DNA of 64,000 nucleotides from Candidatus Latescibacterota bacterium (GTDB lineage: Bacteria; Latescibacterota; UBA2968; UBA8231), in NCBI GenBank assembly GCA_965221775.1, contig CBDCSU010000005.1:384001-448000 (forward strand). The letters run 5' to 3'. The position numbers were made by a program, and so were the translations under genes. Within the stretch, counting starts at the first letter, position 1, and every line of letters begins with the position of its first letter. The notes under the pieces are model-generated. The model was not told the DNA's origin and did no database searches. It worked only from the letters and a program-made list of their open reading frames with translations. This document shows, in pieces, positions 40,473 through 49,992 of the stretch.

Positions 40473-41266
40473 GCGACCGCCCCCGCATCGGCCTCGTCGG
40501 CTACGGCTACATCGGCGCCTACGTGTACGAGCAGATCACCACGCGGCCCGATCTCGGCCTCGACATCGCCTTCGTCCACAACCGCAGCCCCGGCCGGGTC
40601 GCCGGGCTGCCGCCGGAGCACATCCTCGAGGACCTGGGCGCCTTCGCGGGACGCGACCCCGACCTCGTCGTCGAGGTCGCCCACCCCGACATCACCCGCG
40701 ATCACGGCGGCGCCTTCCTCGAGGCCGCCGACTACATGCCCCTCTCCCTGACCGCCTTCGCCGACGCCGAGCTCGAAGCTCGACTCCTCGACACGGCGCG
40801 CTCCGCCGGCACCCGCCTCTTCGTCCCCCACGGCGCCGTGGTCGGCCTCGACGCCCTCGAGGAAGGCCGCGAGACCTGGGACGAAGTCGGCATGGTCATG
40901 AAGAAGCCCGTTCGCAGCCTCGACTTCTCCCGCGCCCCCGGCATCGACCCGGAGGCGATCACCACGGAGACCACCCTCTTCGACGGCACGGCCCGGGAGA
41001 TCTGCCCCCTCTACCCCCGCAACGTCAACTCCCACGCCGCCGTGGCCCTGGCCGGCATCGGCTTCGACCGCACCCGCTCGGTGCTGATCGCCGACCCGGC
41101 CCTGGAGGCCTCCATCATCGAGGTGGAGGCCCGCGGCGGCGGCGTGGAGATCTCCATCCGGCGCGAGAACCCGATGAAGGGCGTCAGCGGCGTGATGACC
41201 CTCATGTCGACGCTGGCCAGCATCGGCCGCGCCAAGGGGGATTTGCCGGGGCTGCGGGTTTGTTGA
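40469..41266 (+). CDS. Aspartate dehydrogenase (NadX/DUF108)-like protein
   Basis: GYGYIG, VVEVA, GAVVGLD, KKP..L, FDGTARE..YPRNVN..ALAGIG, IADP. Confidence 0.75.
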   Translation: MSDRPRIGLVGYGYIGAYVYEQITTRPDLGLDIAFVHNRSPGRVAGLPPEHILEDLGAFAGRDPDLVVEVAHPDITRDHGGAFLEAADYMPLSLTAFADAELEARLLDTARSAGTRLFVPHGAVVGLDALEEGRETWDEVGMVMKKPVRSLDFSRAPGIDPEAITTETTLFDGTAREICPLYPRNVNSHAAVALAGIGFDRTRSVLIADPALEASIIEVEARGGGVEISIRRENPMKGVSGVMTLMSTLASIGRAKGDLPGLRVC

Positions 41267-41401
41267 GCGTCAAGTCGAACGGGGTTGTAGTTCTACCCCT
41301 CGGGCCAGAGACTCGCACCTGACGAGCGAGGATAGGGGTACGCCCTCCGCAGCCCAATGCCCTGACACTGAGTAACTCCGGAGCCATCCGACGAGGAACG
41401 A

Positions 41402-41935
41402 ATGAACCTTGGTCGTCTACCATTGGAACGCAAGACCGGCGAAGAGCCATTTCGCGACGGAGAGCGCGAGTTCGATCTCCGACTGGTCGACTACTGGCGT
41501 TGGTCGGCGTCCGATCTCGTCAGCAACGCTCAGCGCGGCACCTTGGCCGAGTTCCTTGTCGCCCATGCGCTGGGTGTGGACGGCGGCGTCCGAACCGAGT
41601 GGGACGCGGAGGCCAACACTTCGAGCGGCACTCCAGTCCGATCAGCGGACGCCTACGTCTTCGCCGTTCACGCTCATCGGGAGCAGGAGTCGATCAATCC
41701 GCTTGACCTTTCTCAATGGGAGTTCCACGTCCTGAGCACCGCCAGGATCCAACAGGAGTGCGGGGACCAGAAAACCCTCTCCCTTGGCGCGCTGGAGAGG
41801 TTGTCTTCAGGCCATCGAGTCGGAGGTCGGGCAGAGCAGTTGTCCCAAGATCCAAGGTTCCGGCATGTGAGTCCCAAGCGCGTCGGGATGCCAAAGGGAG
41901 ACTTCCACCTGCTGGGGCGGGTGTTGTATTGCTGA
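41402..41935 (+). pseudogene. Probable remnant of a restriction endonuclease-like gene
   Basis: WSASDLVSNAQRGTLAEFLVA and ADAYVF...NPLDLSQWEFHVL are present, but the expected middle D..EVK catalytic segment is absent; lower-GC patch; aberrant C-terminus. Confidence 0.5.
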
Positions 41936-41959
41936 ACCAATGGAAAGGGGTCGCAGCAG

Positions 41960-42844
41960 ATGCAGGGCCACAAACTCGTTAGAGACAGCAATCAAGTCCT
42001 CTCGGACTCAGACCGCGCATTCTGGGAGGAGAACGGCTACGTCGTCGTGCCCGACGCCGTCCCCAGGGAGAACCTGGACCGCCTCGTGGAGGCCATCTGG
42101 GAGTTCCTCGAGATCGACCCGGACGACCCCGAGGACTGGTACCGCCACGACCCGTACACCCGCGAGCGCCGGACCTCGCCTATCTCCAGCGGCGGCATGG
42201 TGGAGATCTACCAGCACCAGGCGATCTGGGACAACCGGCAGTACCCGAGGGTGCACCGGGCCTTCGCCGAGATCTGGGGCGACGAGAAGCTGTGGGTCTC
42301 CCTCGACCGGGCCAACATGAAGCCGCCGGCGCGGGAAGACAAACCGGCGTGGAACAACAAGGGGATGATCCACTGGGACATGGACACCTCGAAGCGGCCC
42401 ATCACCTTCGGCGTGCAGGGGGTCCTCTACCTGACCGACACCGCCGAGGACCAGGGCGGGTTCCAGTGCGTGCCCGGCTTCCACCGCATGTTCGATGAGT
42501 GGGTGAAGACCCAGCCGGAGGACCGCAATCCCTCGCGGCCGGACCTGGAGGGCCTGACGGTGAAGCCGATCCCCGGCAAGGCGGGAGACCTGCTGATCTG
42601 GCACCGGCTGCTGGCCCACGGCAACGGCCACAACCGCTCGGACCGGCCGCGCCTGGCCCAGTACATCACCATGTCGCCGGCGGGCGACCCCAAGGGTGCG
42701 GGCACCCGGGTCCAGGCCTGGCGGGACCGCCGGCCGACGCGGGGCTGGCCGGGGGACCCGCGCGACCGGGAGCACCGGCTGCAGGAGCCGGCCCGGCTCA
42801 CGCCGCTGGGCCGCAAGCTGCTGGGCCTATATCCCTGGAGCTGA
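41960..42844 (+). CDS. Phytanoyl-CoA dioxygenase (PhyH) family Fe(II)/2OG oxygenase
   Basis: ENGYVVV, HWD, GGFQCVPGFH, AGDLLIW..LAHGNG.N...R. Start uncertain. Confidence 0.88.
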   Translation: MQGHKLVRDSNQVLSDSDRAFWEENGYVVVPDAVPRENLDRLVEAIWEFLEIDPDDPEDWYRHDPYTRERRTSPISSGGMVEIYQHQAIWDNRQYPRVHRAFAEIWGDEKLWVSLDRANMKPPAREDKPAWNNKGMIHWDMDTSKRPITFGVQGVLYLTDTAEDQGGFQCVPGFHRMFDEWVKTQPEDRNPSRPDLEGLTVKPIPGKAGDLLIWHRLLAHGNGHNRSDRPRLAQYITMSPAGDPKGAGTRVQAWRDRRPTRGWPGDPRDREHRLQEPARLTPLGRKLLGLYPWS

Positions 42845-43471
42845 AGTCCGCCGGCCCGCGTAGCGGTCGAGGTCGATCTGACCGGTGGCGATCCTCTGCA
42901 GGATCTCCGGATAGAAGCGGTGCTCCACTTCCAGCACGCGGGCGGCCAGCGTCTCCGCGGTGTCGCCGGGCTCCACGGGCACCTCCTCCTGGGCCAGGAC
43001 CGGCCCGTGGTCGTAGATCTCGTCCACCACGTGCACGGTGGCGCCGCTGACCCGGTCGCCGGCAGCCAGGACCGCCTCGTGCACCCGCCGGCCGTAGAAC
43101 CCGCGGCCGCCGTGGCTCGGCAGCAGGCCGGGGTGGATGTTGAGGACGCGGCCGTCGAAGGCGGCCAGGGTCCGCGGCCCCACCCGCTTCATGTAGCCGG
43201 CGAGACAGACCACCTCCACCTCCTCCGCGCGCAGGGCGTCGCGGATCGCCGCGTCGAGGGCGGCCGGCTCCGGGTGGGTGCGTCCGCTCAGGTGGCGGGC
43301 CGGGATCCCCCGGGCGCGGGCGCGGGCCAGGGCCCCCGACCTGGAGTTGTTGCCGATGACGACGCGGGGCTCGGCATGCAGGCGGCCGTCGCGGCAGGCG
43401 TCGAGGATGGACTGCAGGTTGGTGCCGCCTCCCGAGGCCAGGAACCCGAGGCGCAGGGGCGGCCGGCTCAC
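42827..43471 (-). CDS. purN: Phosphoribosylglycinamide formyltransferase
   Basis: ASGGGTNLQ, LAGYMK, LNIHPGLLP, GATVHVV...DHGP, EH. Confidence 0.92.
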   Translation of the reverse strand: MSRPPLRLGFLASGGGTNLQSILDACRDGRLHAEPRVVIGNNSRSGALARARARGIPARHLSGRTHPEPAALDAAIRDALRAEEVEVVCLAGYMKRVGPRTLAAFDGRVLNIHPGLLPSHGGRGFYGRRVHEAVLAAGDRVSGATVHVVDEIYDHGPVLAQEEVPVEPGDTAETLAARVLEVEHRFYPEILQRIATGQIDLDRYAGRRTSAPGI

Positions 43472-43476
43472 GGCGG

Positions 43477-44445
43477 TCAGTCTCCGGCCGTTCCCCGCGA
43501 GGCGAGGGGCGTCCAGCCGCGTCCGGGCATCCAGGCGCGGGTCTCGTAGAACTTCTCGCGGATGGCGCAGAACTCCTCGGCCGTGCGGCACTCGCTCTCC
43601 GGCGCCTCCGGGTCGCGGATGACGAAGTCCGCCTCGGGCGGATAGCAGGCCATGGTCACGGGGTCCCGCTCCGGCGTGCTGGCGGCGGGCTCCTCGCCGA
43701 CGTTGTTCGGCGCCTCGGCGCCCTGGTAGCGCAGGTCGAGGCTCCAGCGCACCTGGTCGCTGTGGTTCTCGAAGGAGGCGTGGGGGGTGAGGTTGGTGAG
43801 GAAGAGGACATCGCCCCGCTTCATCGGCACGGGGACCGGCTCGGCGCCGGGCACCCGGCCGGGGATCTCGAGATAGCCGCCGTGGCCGCCCGTGTAGTGC
43901 CGGTACACGCCGTTGCGGTGGCTGCGGGGAACCACCCACAGGCAACCGTTCTCCACCGACACGTCGATGAGCGGGATCCAGCAGGTGAGTACCAGCAGGT
44001 TGTCGCAGTGGGGCAGGAAGTAGCCGGAGTCCTGGTGCCAGGGGACCTCGCCGCGCTCCCAGCGGGGCAGCTTCGGACGCACCCGGTACACGGATGATCC
44101 GATGATGCGCTCGCCCACGAAGGCCTCGACGACATCGAGCAGCCTGGGATGGGTGATGGTGTGGAACATCTCCGGGCCCGCGAAGCGGCCGCTGTTGACG
44201 GGCGCCATGATCCCCGCCACCTGGTCGGGCCAGCGCTCCGCGAGCAGGGCCAGGCGCCGGTCGAAGGGAGCGTCGGGAAAGGTCTCGTCCACCAGGCCTT
44301 CCTGCCGGGCGCGCTCGGCCTCGCGATCGACGGCGGCATGCAGGCCGCGCCGGATCGGCTCCAGGTCAACGTCGTCGAGGACGCCAGGCTTCATCACCCA
44401 GCCCTCTTCCTGGAAGTGGCATCGTTCAGCGGCGGCGAGGCTCAT
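43477..44445 (-). CDS. Phytanoyl-CoA dioxygenase (PhyH) family protein
   Basis: PWHQD, ENGCLWVVPRSH, GDVLF..LTPHAS..N...RWSLDLRY. Confidence 0.88.
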   Translation of the reverse strand: MSLAAAERCHFQEEGWVMKPGVLDDVDLEPIRRGLHAAVDREAERARQEGLVDETFPDAPFDRRLALLAERWPDQVAGIMAPVNSGRFAGPEMFHTITHPRLLDVVEAFVGERIIGSSVYRVRPKLPRWERGEVPWHQDSGYFLPHCDNLLVLTCWIPLIDVSVENGCLWVVPRSHRNGVYRHYTGGHGGYLEIPGRVPGAEPVPVPMKRGDVLFLTNLTPHASFENHSDQVRWSLDLRYQGAEAPNNVGEEPAASTPERDPVTMACYPPEADFVIRDPEAPESECRTAEEFCAIREKFYETRAWMPGRGWTPLASRGTAGD

Positions 44446-44465
44446 GCTTCCTCCCGTTTCCACCT

Positions 44466-45641
44466 TCAGTGGTGGAACAGGCGGACGCCGGAAAACACCA
44501 TGGTCATGCCGTACTCGTCGGCGGCGGCGATGACCTCGTCGTCCTTCACGGAGCCGCCGGGCTGGAGCAGGTGCTCTACGCCGGAGCGGCTGGCGCGGTC
44601 GATGTTGTCGCGGAAGGGGAAGAAGGCGTCGGAGCTGAGGGCCACGCCGCGCACGCCGTCGAGCCACTCTCGCCGGTCCTGCGCGGGCAGGCGTTCGGGG
44701 ACGGTGCGGAAGCAGTCGCGCCAAGCCGCCTCCTCGGGGGCGGAGAGCTCGTCCTCGAAGAAGAGGTCGATGGCGTTGTCCTTGTCGGCGCGCCGCAGTC
44801 CCTTGCGGAACCGCAGGTTCCGCACTGCCGGGTGCTGGCGCAGGTGCCAGCGGTCGGCCTTGCCGCAGGCGAGGCGCACGCAGTGGATGCGCGACTGCTG
44901 GCCGGCGCCGGCGCCGGCGACCTGGCCGTCGACGGCGCAGACCACCGAGTTGGACTGGGTGTACTTGACGGCGATGGTGGCCACCGTGAGGTCGCGGCGC
45001 GCCTCCTCCGTCAACTCCTCTCGTCTGGTCACGACGTTGGCGAAGAACCCGTCGTCGGGCACGAATTCGTTGCGCGGCTGCTCAAGGGTGACGCCGAAGA
45101 CCTGGCGCGACTCCAGGGCCCGCGGCTCGTACCCGGCGTCGACCTCCAGGAGCTTGTAGTCGCCCCCCTTCTTCGCCTTCAGCATCTCCACCGCGCCCTC
45201 CTCGAAGCCGGGGGCCACGAGGCCGTCGGACATCTCCCGGCGGATGACTTCGGCCGTCGACCGGTCGAGGGGGTCGCTGACGGCGATCCAGTCGCCGAAG
45301 GAGGCGAGGCGGTCGGCGCCGCGGGCACGGGCGTAGGCGCAGGCCAGCGGGCTCAACTGCGCGTCTTCCGGGACGAACAGCGCCTGCCGCAGCGCCGACG
45401 GCAGGGGCAGGCCCACGGCGGCGCCGGCGGGGCTCAGGTGCTTGAAGGAGGCGGCGGCGGCAAGGCCCGTGGCCGCCTTCAGCTCGCGCACCAGCTGCCA
45501 GGCGTTGAGCGCGTCCAGGAGGTTGATGTAGCTCGGCGCGTTGTGGATCGCCTTCAGGGGAAGATCCCCGCCTTCGAGGAAGCAGCGCGCCCCGGTCTGG
45601 TGCGGGTTGCAGCCGTAGCGCATCCCGAGTTCGCCGGTCAT
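44466..45641 (-). CDS. purH: AICAR formyltransferase (monofunctional, no IMP cyclohydrolase domain)
   Basis: Starts at RYGCNPHQ; SYINLLDA, SFKHLSPAG, KYTQSNSV, GQQSRIHC, SSDAFFPF, RLFHH. Confidence 0.85.
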   Translation of the reverse strand: MTGELGMRYGCNPHQTGARCFLEGGDLPLKAIHNAPSYINLLDALNAWQLVRELKAATGLAAAASFKHLSPAGAAVGLPLPSALRQALFVPEDAQLSPLACAYARARGADRLASFGDWIAVSDPLDRSTAEVIRREMSDGLVAPGFEEGAVEMLKAKKGGDYKLLEVDAGYEPRALESRQVFGVTLEQPRNEFVPDDGFFANVVTRREELTEEARRDLTVATIAVKYTQSNSVVCAVDGQVAGAGAGQQSRIHCVRLACGKADRWHLRQHPAVRNLRFRKGLRRADKDNAIDLFFEDELSAPEEAAWRDCFRTVPERLPAQDRREWLDGVRGVALSSDAFFPFRDNIDRASRSGVEHLLQPGGSVKDDEVIAAADEYGMTMVFSGVRLFHH

Positions 45642-45662
45642 CGCCGCCACCCGCGCTGTTCA

Positions 45663-45691
45663 TTGACACTGTATGAAGTGGCTTCTATCAT
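45663..45691 (+). promoter_or_regulatory. sigma70 promoter of dapAB
   Basis: TTGACA-N17-TATCAT. Confidence 0.7.
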
Positions 45692-45747
45692 GCCGCTACA
45701 CACTCGCCACAATCCCTCCTCCCCGCAAGACAGGTTCAGCCGATCAG

Positions 45748-46785
45748 ATGATCAAGGGTTGTTATACCGCCATCGTCACGCCCATGCGCGAAGACGGCAG
45801 CGTCGACTACGAAGGGCTCGAGCGGCTCCTCGAGTTCCAGATCGCCAACGGCATCGACGGCATCGTCGCCGTGGGCACCACGGGCGAGAGCCCGACCCTG
45901 TTGTGGGAGGAGCACAACGAGGTGATCGAGCGCACCTGCCGCACGACCAAGGGACGCTGCAAGTCGATGGCCGGCACCGGCAGCAACTCCACGCGGGAGA
46001 CCCTGGCCGGCACCGCCCATGCCGCCCACGCCGGCGCCGACAGCGTGCTCCTCGTCGACCCCTACTACAACGGCCCCAGCTCGGTGGAGATCCGCCGCGA
46101 GTACGTGGCCCCGGTGGCGGCCGAGTTCCCCGAGTTGCCCATGGTCCCCTACATCATCCCCGGGCGCACGGGCACGATGATGCACGCCGAGGACCTGGCC
46201 ATCCTCTACGAAGAGCACCCCAACGTGTCGGCGGTGAAGGAGGCCACCGGCGACTACGACAACATGGCCAAGACCCGCCGCCTCTGCGGCCCCGGCTTCA
46301 GCATCATGTCCGGCGACGACGACCGCACCGTGGAGATGATGAAGCGCGCCGACATCGCCGCCGCCGGCGTGATCTCGGTCATGGCCAACGTCGTTCCGGG
46401 CCCGATCACCCGCATGACCCACGCCCTCACCGCCGGCGAGACGGAGCTGGCCGACAAGCTGGCCGCGGACCTGCAGCCGATCTTCGGCATCGTCGGCGTC
46501 GCCACCACCGAGCAGAGCCCCCGCGGCCCGGTGGAGTGCAAGGCCCGCAACCCGGTGCCGATCAAGACGCTGATGAACCTCCTCGGCATGCCCTCCGGCC
46601 CGTGCCGCCAGCCCCTGGGCCGCCTCACCCCCGGGGGGGCGGAGGTCGCCGTCGGCGCCGCCCGCCAGGTGTGGCGCAACGACCCGGCGCTGCTGGCGCC
46701 GGTGGGCGAAGCCTTCGGCGTCGACGTGGAGGCCCGGCTGCACGACGCGGCGGCGGTGGAAGCCCTCGTCTACGGGGAGTACTGA
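45748..46785 (+). CDS. dapA: 4-hydroxy-tetrahydrodipicolinate synthase
   Basis: GTTGESPTL, GTGSNST, PYYN, Y.IPGRTG, VKEA, SGDD, NPVPIK. Confidence 0.92.
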   Translation: MIKGCYTAIVTPMREDGSVDYEGLERLLEFQIANGIDGIVAVGTTGESPTLLWEEHNEVIERTCRTTKGRCKSMAGTGSNSTRETLAGTAHAAHAGADSVLLVDPYYNGPSSVEIRREYVAPVAAEFPELPMVPYIIPGRTGTMMHAEDLAILYEEHPNVSAVKEATGDYDNMAKTRRLCGPGFSIMSGDDDRTVEMMKRADIAAAGVISVMANVVPGPITRMTHALTAGETELADKLAADLQPIFGIVGVATTEQSPRGPVECKARNPVPIKTLMNLLGMPSGPCRQPLGRLTPGGAEVAVGAARQVWRNDPALLAPVGEAFGVDVEARLHDAAAVEALVYGEY

Positions 46786-47582
46786 TGGCCACCCGCATCG
46801 CCGTCTGCGGCCTCGGCGGCCGCATGGGCCAGCGCCTGGGCCACCTCGTCCTCGACGCCGACGACCTGGAGCTGACCGCCGCCAGCGAGCGGCCCGGCCA
46901 CGCGTGGCTGGGACGCGACGCCGGCGAGGTCCTGGGCCGCGGGTCCCTGGGCGTGAGCCTCCAGCCCTCCATCGCCGCGGCCGACGCCGACGTGGTCGTC
47001 GCCTTCACCACCCCGGAGGCCACCCTCGCCGACGCCGCCGCCAGCGCCGCCGCGGGCACGGCCATGGTCGTGGGCACCACCGGCATGTCGGCCGACCAGC
47101 TGGACGAGTTCCGCGCCGCCGTGGCCTCCATCGCCTGCGTCTTCGCGCCCAACTTCTCCACCGCCATGAACGTCCTCTTCAAGCTCGTGGAGGAGGCGGC
47201 GAGCATCCTCGGCGACGACTACGACATCGAGGTCGTGGAGGCCCATCACCGGCACAAGGTCGACGCCCCGAGCGGCTCCGCCCTGCGCCTGGCCGAACGG
47301 GCCGCCGCCGGCGTCGGGCGCAACCTCGACGAGGTCGCCGTCCACGGCCGCCAGGGAGAGACCGGCGAGCGCACGCGCAAGGAGATCGGCCTCCACGCCC
47401 TGCGCCTCGGCGACGTCGCCGGCGACCACTCGGTGTTCTACGGCGCCGCGGGGGAGTACCTGGAACTGCGCCACCACGCCACCAGCCGCGACGCCTTCGC
47501 CCTCGGGGCCCTGCGGGCGGCGCGCTTCGCCGCCGCCGCCGAGCCGGGGCTCTACGACATGGGGGACGTGCTGGGGTTGTAG
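46785..47582 (+). CDS. dapB: 4-hydroxy-tetrahydrodipicolinate reductase
   Basis: GRMG, VGTTG, APNFS, EAHHRHKVDAPSGSA. Confidence 0.93.
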   Translation: MATRIAVCGLGGRMGQRLGHLVLDADDLELTAASERPGHAWLGRDAGEVLGRGSLGVSLQPSIAAADADVVVAFTTPEATLADAAASAAAGTAMVVGTTGMSADQLDEFRAAVASIACVFAPNFSTAMNVLFKLVEEAASILGDDYDIEVVEAHHRHKVDAPSGSALRLAERAAAGVGRNLDEVAVHGRQGETGERTRKEIGLHALRLGDVAGDHSVFYGAAGEYLELRHHATSRDAFALGALRAARFAAAAEPGLYDMGDVLGL

Positions 47583-47586
47583 AGCT

Positions 47587-48384
47587 TCAGGAGGTGGAGG
47601 GGCTGCGCTCGGGGCTGGGGTTGAGGAAGGCGGGCCTCAGGGTGCGCAGCTTGTCGCGCAGGCGCGCCGCCTCCTCGAAGTTCTCGGCTTCCACGGCCAC
47701 GTGGAGGTCGCGCTCCAACTGCTCCTTCTGAGACAGGGGACGCTCCTTCTCCAGTTCCTCGTACCAGTCGGACAGGAAGGTCAGCTCGGGGCAGTCCTCG
47801 TCCATCAGGTCCTCCTCCCCCTCCCACTCGCCGAGGAACTGCTCGATGCGGTCGATGCCGCGCTGCACGTGGCGCAGGGCGGCGTCGTAGTCCTTGGCCT
47901 CGAGGGCGGCCATGGCCCGGGCCCGGGCCTGCATCATCACCGCGTGGGGCAGGTACTGCTCGAAGTACCACTTGACCTCGTCGCTGTCGGCGTGCTCGTG
48001 GACGAGGTCGAAGATGGCCAGGTTGTGCCCGGTGTCGCGCTCCACCCCCTCGTAGTCCTCCAGGAAGAACAGGGCGAGATAGCGCTGGTAGTACTGCCAG
48101 GCTTCCTGGAAGAGGTCCTCGCAGCTCTGCTCGTCGAGCTCGGGGCCGCTTCTGGGCAGCGATCCGGGGCGGCTGCGCAGGGACTGGCGGAAGTGATGGA
48201 GGAAGGACTCGGCGCCGTGGGGCCGGTGTCCGTCGGGGCGGCCGGAGACGTCGAGCTGGAGGATCCCCATGTCGATGCGGATCTGGATCTTCTCCGTGCC
48301 GTCCCGGGCGGTGATCCGGCGGGCGATGAACTCGTCCGGGTCGAAGGGCCACGAATTGAGCAGGTCACCGATGTCGTATTTCAT
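47587..48384 (-). CDS. UvrB/UvrC-motif-containing protein
   Basis: C-terminal AVEAENFEEAARLRDKL; N-terminal QIRIDMGILQL..GRPDG.RP. Confidence 0.75.
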   Translation of the reverse strand: MKYDIGDLLNSWPFDPDEFIARRITARDGTEKIQIRIDMGILQLDVSGRPDGHRPHGAESFLHHFRQSLRSRPGSLPRSGPELDEQSCEDLFQEAWQYYQRYLALFFLEDYEGVERDTGHNLAIFDLVHEHADSDEVKWYFEQYLPHAVMMQARARAMAALEAKDYDAALRHVQRGIDRIEQFLGEWEGEEDLMDEDCPELTFLSDWYEELEKERPLSQKEQLERDLHVAVEAENFEEAARLRDKLRTLRPAFLNPSPERSPSTS

Positions 48385-48459
48385 GGCCCCCCTTCGGCTT
48401 GTGTCACCAGAATATAGCCCTGCGCAGGGCCGTCCGCTACAAGGGAAGGGGGGCCCCGG

Positions 48460-49992
48460 CTAGCGCCGGGAGACCTTGATGCTGCCCACCGCGACGCCGA
48501 CGACGAGGGCGATGACGGCGGCGATGATCAGGGCGTTGCGGATCACCCGGGCGCGCTGCTCGACGCGGATGGTGATGTCCTTCTCCTGGGCCTCGATGCG
48601 CTCCGGGCCCTCGTACCCGGCGGCCTCGACGCGCACGTCGTACTCGCTGACGCCGATGCCGGCGGGCTGCACGAGGGTGATGTTCACCGGCTCCTTCTCC
48701 CCCGGCAGGATGCGGTCGATCGTGTCGGGCTCGGAGGACCAGGTCCAGTCGAGGGGCGGGGTCAGCACCAGGTGCACCCTCTCCACCTCCAGGGTCCCGG
48801 TGTTGAGCAGGTCGACGCGCACCTTCACCTCCTCGCCCGTGCGCACCTCCTGGTAGCGGTTGGCGATGAGGGTCTCGAGGGCGCCCCGGCCCCGGGGGAT
48901 GAGCTCGAAGCGCTCCTTGTTCCCGGGGATCGTGTTGATCTCCTCCAGGGGGATGGGGCCGCGGTGCTTGCGGTTCAGCTCGGCGATGCGCTCGAAGCCG
49001 GCGGCCTCGGTGACGAAGACGTAGAACTCGATCGTCTGGTCGACGTAACCGCGGCTGAGCTTCTCGGGGATCTGCAGCTCCAGCTCCAGCTGCTGGCGCG
49101 TCACCTCCTCGCTGAACTTCACCTGCGTGAGGTTGGCGTTGGTCCCCGGGTCGACGAAGGCGGGGGTGATCTCCCGCGGCAGGTTGACCAGGGCCAGGCG
49201 GAAGGTCTTCTCGTCCTCGGCGAGGCGCTCGAGGATGAGGTCGAAGTTGACCCGCGTGTTGAGGTCGCCCTCCTGGGAGAACTGGACCGAGTTGATCGTC
49301 GGCAGGTCCTGGCTCGACTCCCGGCGCATGACGATCTGCAGCAGCTCCTTGCTGCCGTCGAGGTAGGTGAGGTCGACGACCACGTCCTCGTAGTCCTGGA
49401 GCAGCCGGAAGGTGAGCCGCGTACGCTCGCCCAGGGGCAGGGAGGGCACGAGGATCTCGTAGGGCTCGGCGACGATCGTTCCGAGGCGCTCGGTGAGGGA
49501 GACCTTGAGGTTCTGGATCTCCAGCAGCGGCCGGATCTGGCTCTCGTCGCGGTCGGGGTTGAGAGACAGGGCCTGGCCGAGCTGGGAGGCGTTCTCCAGG
49601 ACGATATCGACCTGGCGGCGGCCGTCGAGGGTGCGGTACTTCCGCGCCTCGCGGATGGTGACGCGGGTGGCGTCCTTGAGGAACTCCAGGCGCGTGCGGT
49701 CGAGCTGGAAGACCGCCTCGCTGTACTTCAACTCCGACTGCAGGAAGGCGCGCCGGGCTTTGTTCAGGCTCTCGAGGGTTTCGATCTTCTCGTCGTAGAG
49801 CTCCTGGATGATGTCGTACTCGCTCTTGTTGTTGTCCATCTCCAGCTTGCGGCTCTCCACCTCCCACTGCGCCTTGCGCAGCTTGATGTCGTAGAGGCGC
49901 TGCTCCTTGGTGCGCAGGTCCTTGGTCGCCCCCAGGGGCGAGGCCAGGAGGCCGAGGAGGAAGACGCCCAGGCAGGCGCGGGCGGCGGTCAT
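48460..49992 (-). CDS. Exported hairpin + Ig-like/NEW3 domain protein with C-terminal TM anchor (paralogue B)
   Basis: Signal peptide, coiled-coil N-terminus, NEW3-like VDLLNTGT...PPLDW...ILPGEK...YDVRVEA, terminal TM followed by KVSRR. Confidence 0.75.
   Translation of the reverse strand: MTAARACLGVFLLGLLASPLGATKDLRTKEQRLYDIKLRKAQWEVESRKLEMDNNKSEYDIIQELYDEKIETLESLNKARRAFLQSELKYSEAVFQLDRTRLEFLKDATRVTIREARKYRTLDGRRQVDIVLENASQLGQALSLNPDRDESQIRPLLEIQNLKVSLTERLGTIVAEPYEILVPSLPLGERTRLTFRLLQDYEDVVVDLTYLDGSKELLQIVMRRESSQDLPTINSVQFSQEGDLNTRVNFDLILERLAEDEKTFRLALVNLPREITPAFVDPGTNANLTQVKFSEEVTRQQLELELQIPEKLSRGYVDQTIEFYVFVTEAAGFERIAELNRKHRGPIPLEEINTIPGNKERFELIPRGRGALETLIANRYQEVRTGEEVKVRVDLLNTGTLEVERVHLVLTPPLDWTWSSEPDTIDRILPGEKEPVNITLVQPAGIGVSEYDVRVEAAGYEGPERIEAQEKDITIRVEQRARVIRNALIIAAVIALVVGVAVGSIKVSRR

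Noticed and set aside
41295-41340. Nested inverted repeats TACCCCT/AGGGGTA and CTCGC/GCGAG
   Set aside because: Short arms, no transposase or target duplication; could be chance.
45642-45747. ZTP (pfl) riboswitch upstream of purH
   Set aside because: The short intergenic region is occupied by the dapA promoter and shows no recognisable riboswitch motif.
44469-46784. Apparent 1037-aa DapB fusion
   Set aside because: The upstream part is antisense to purH and off-frame to dapA; the real start is 46785.
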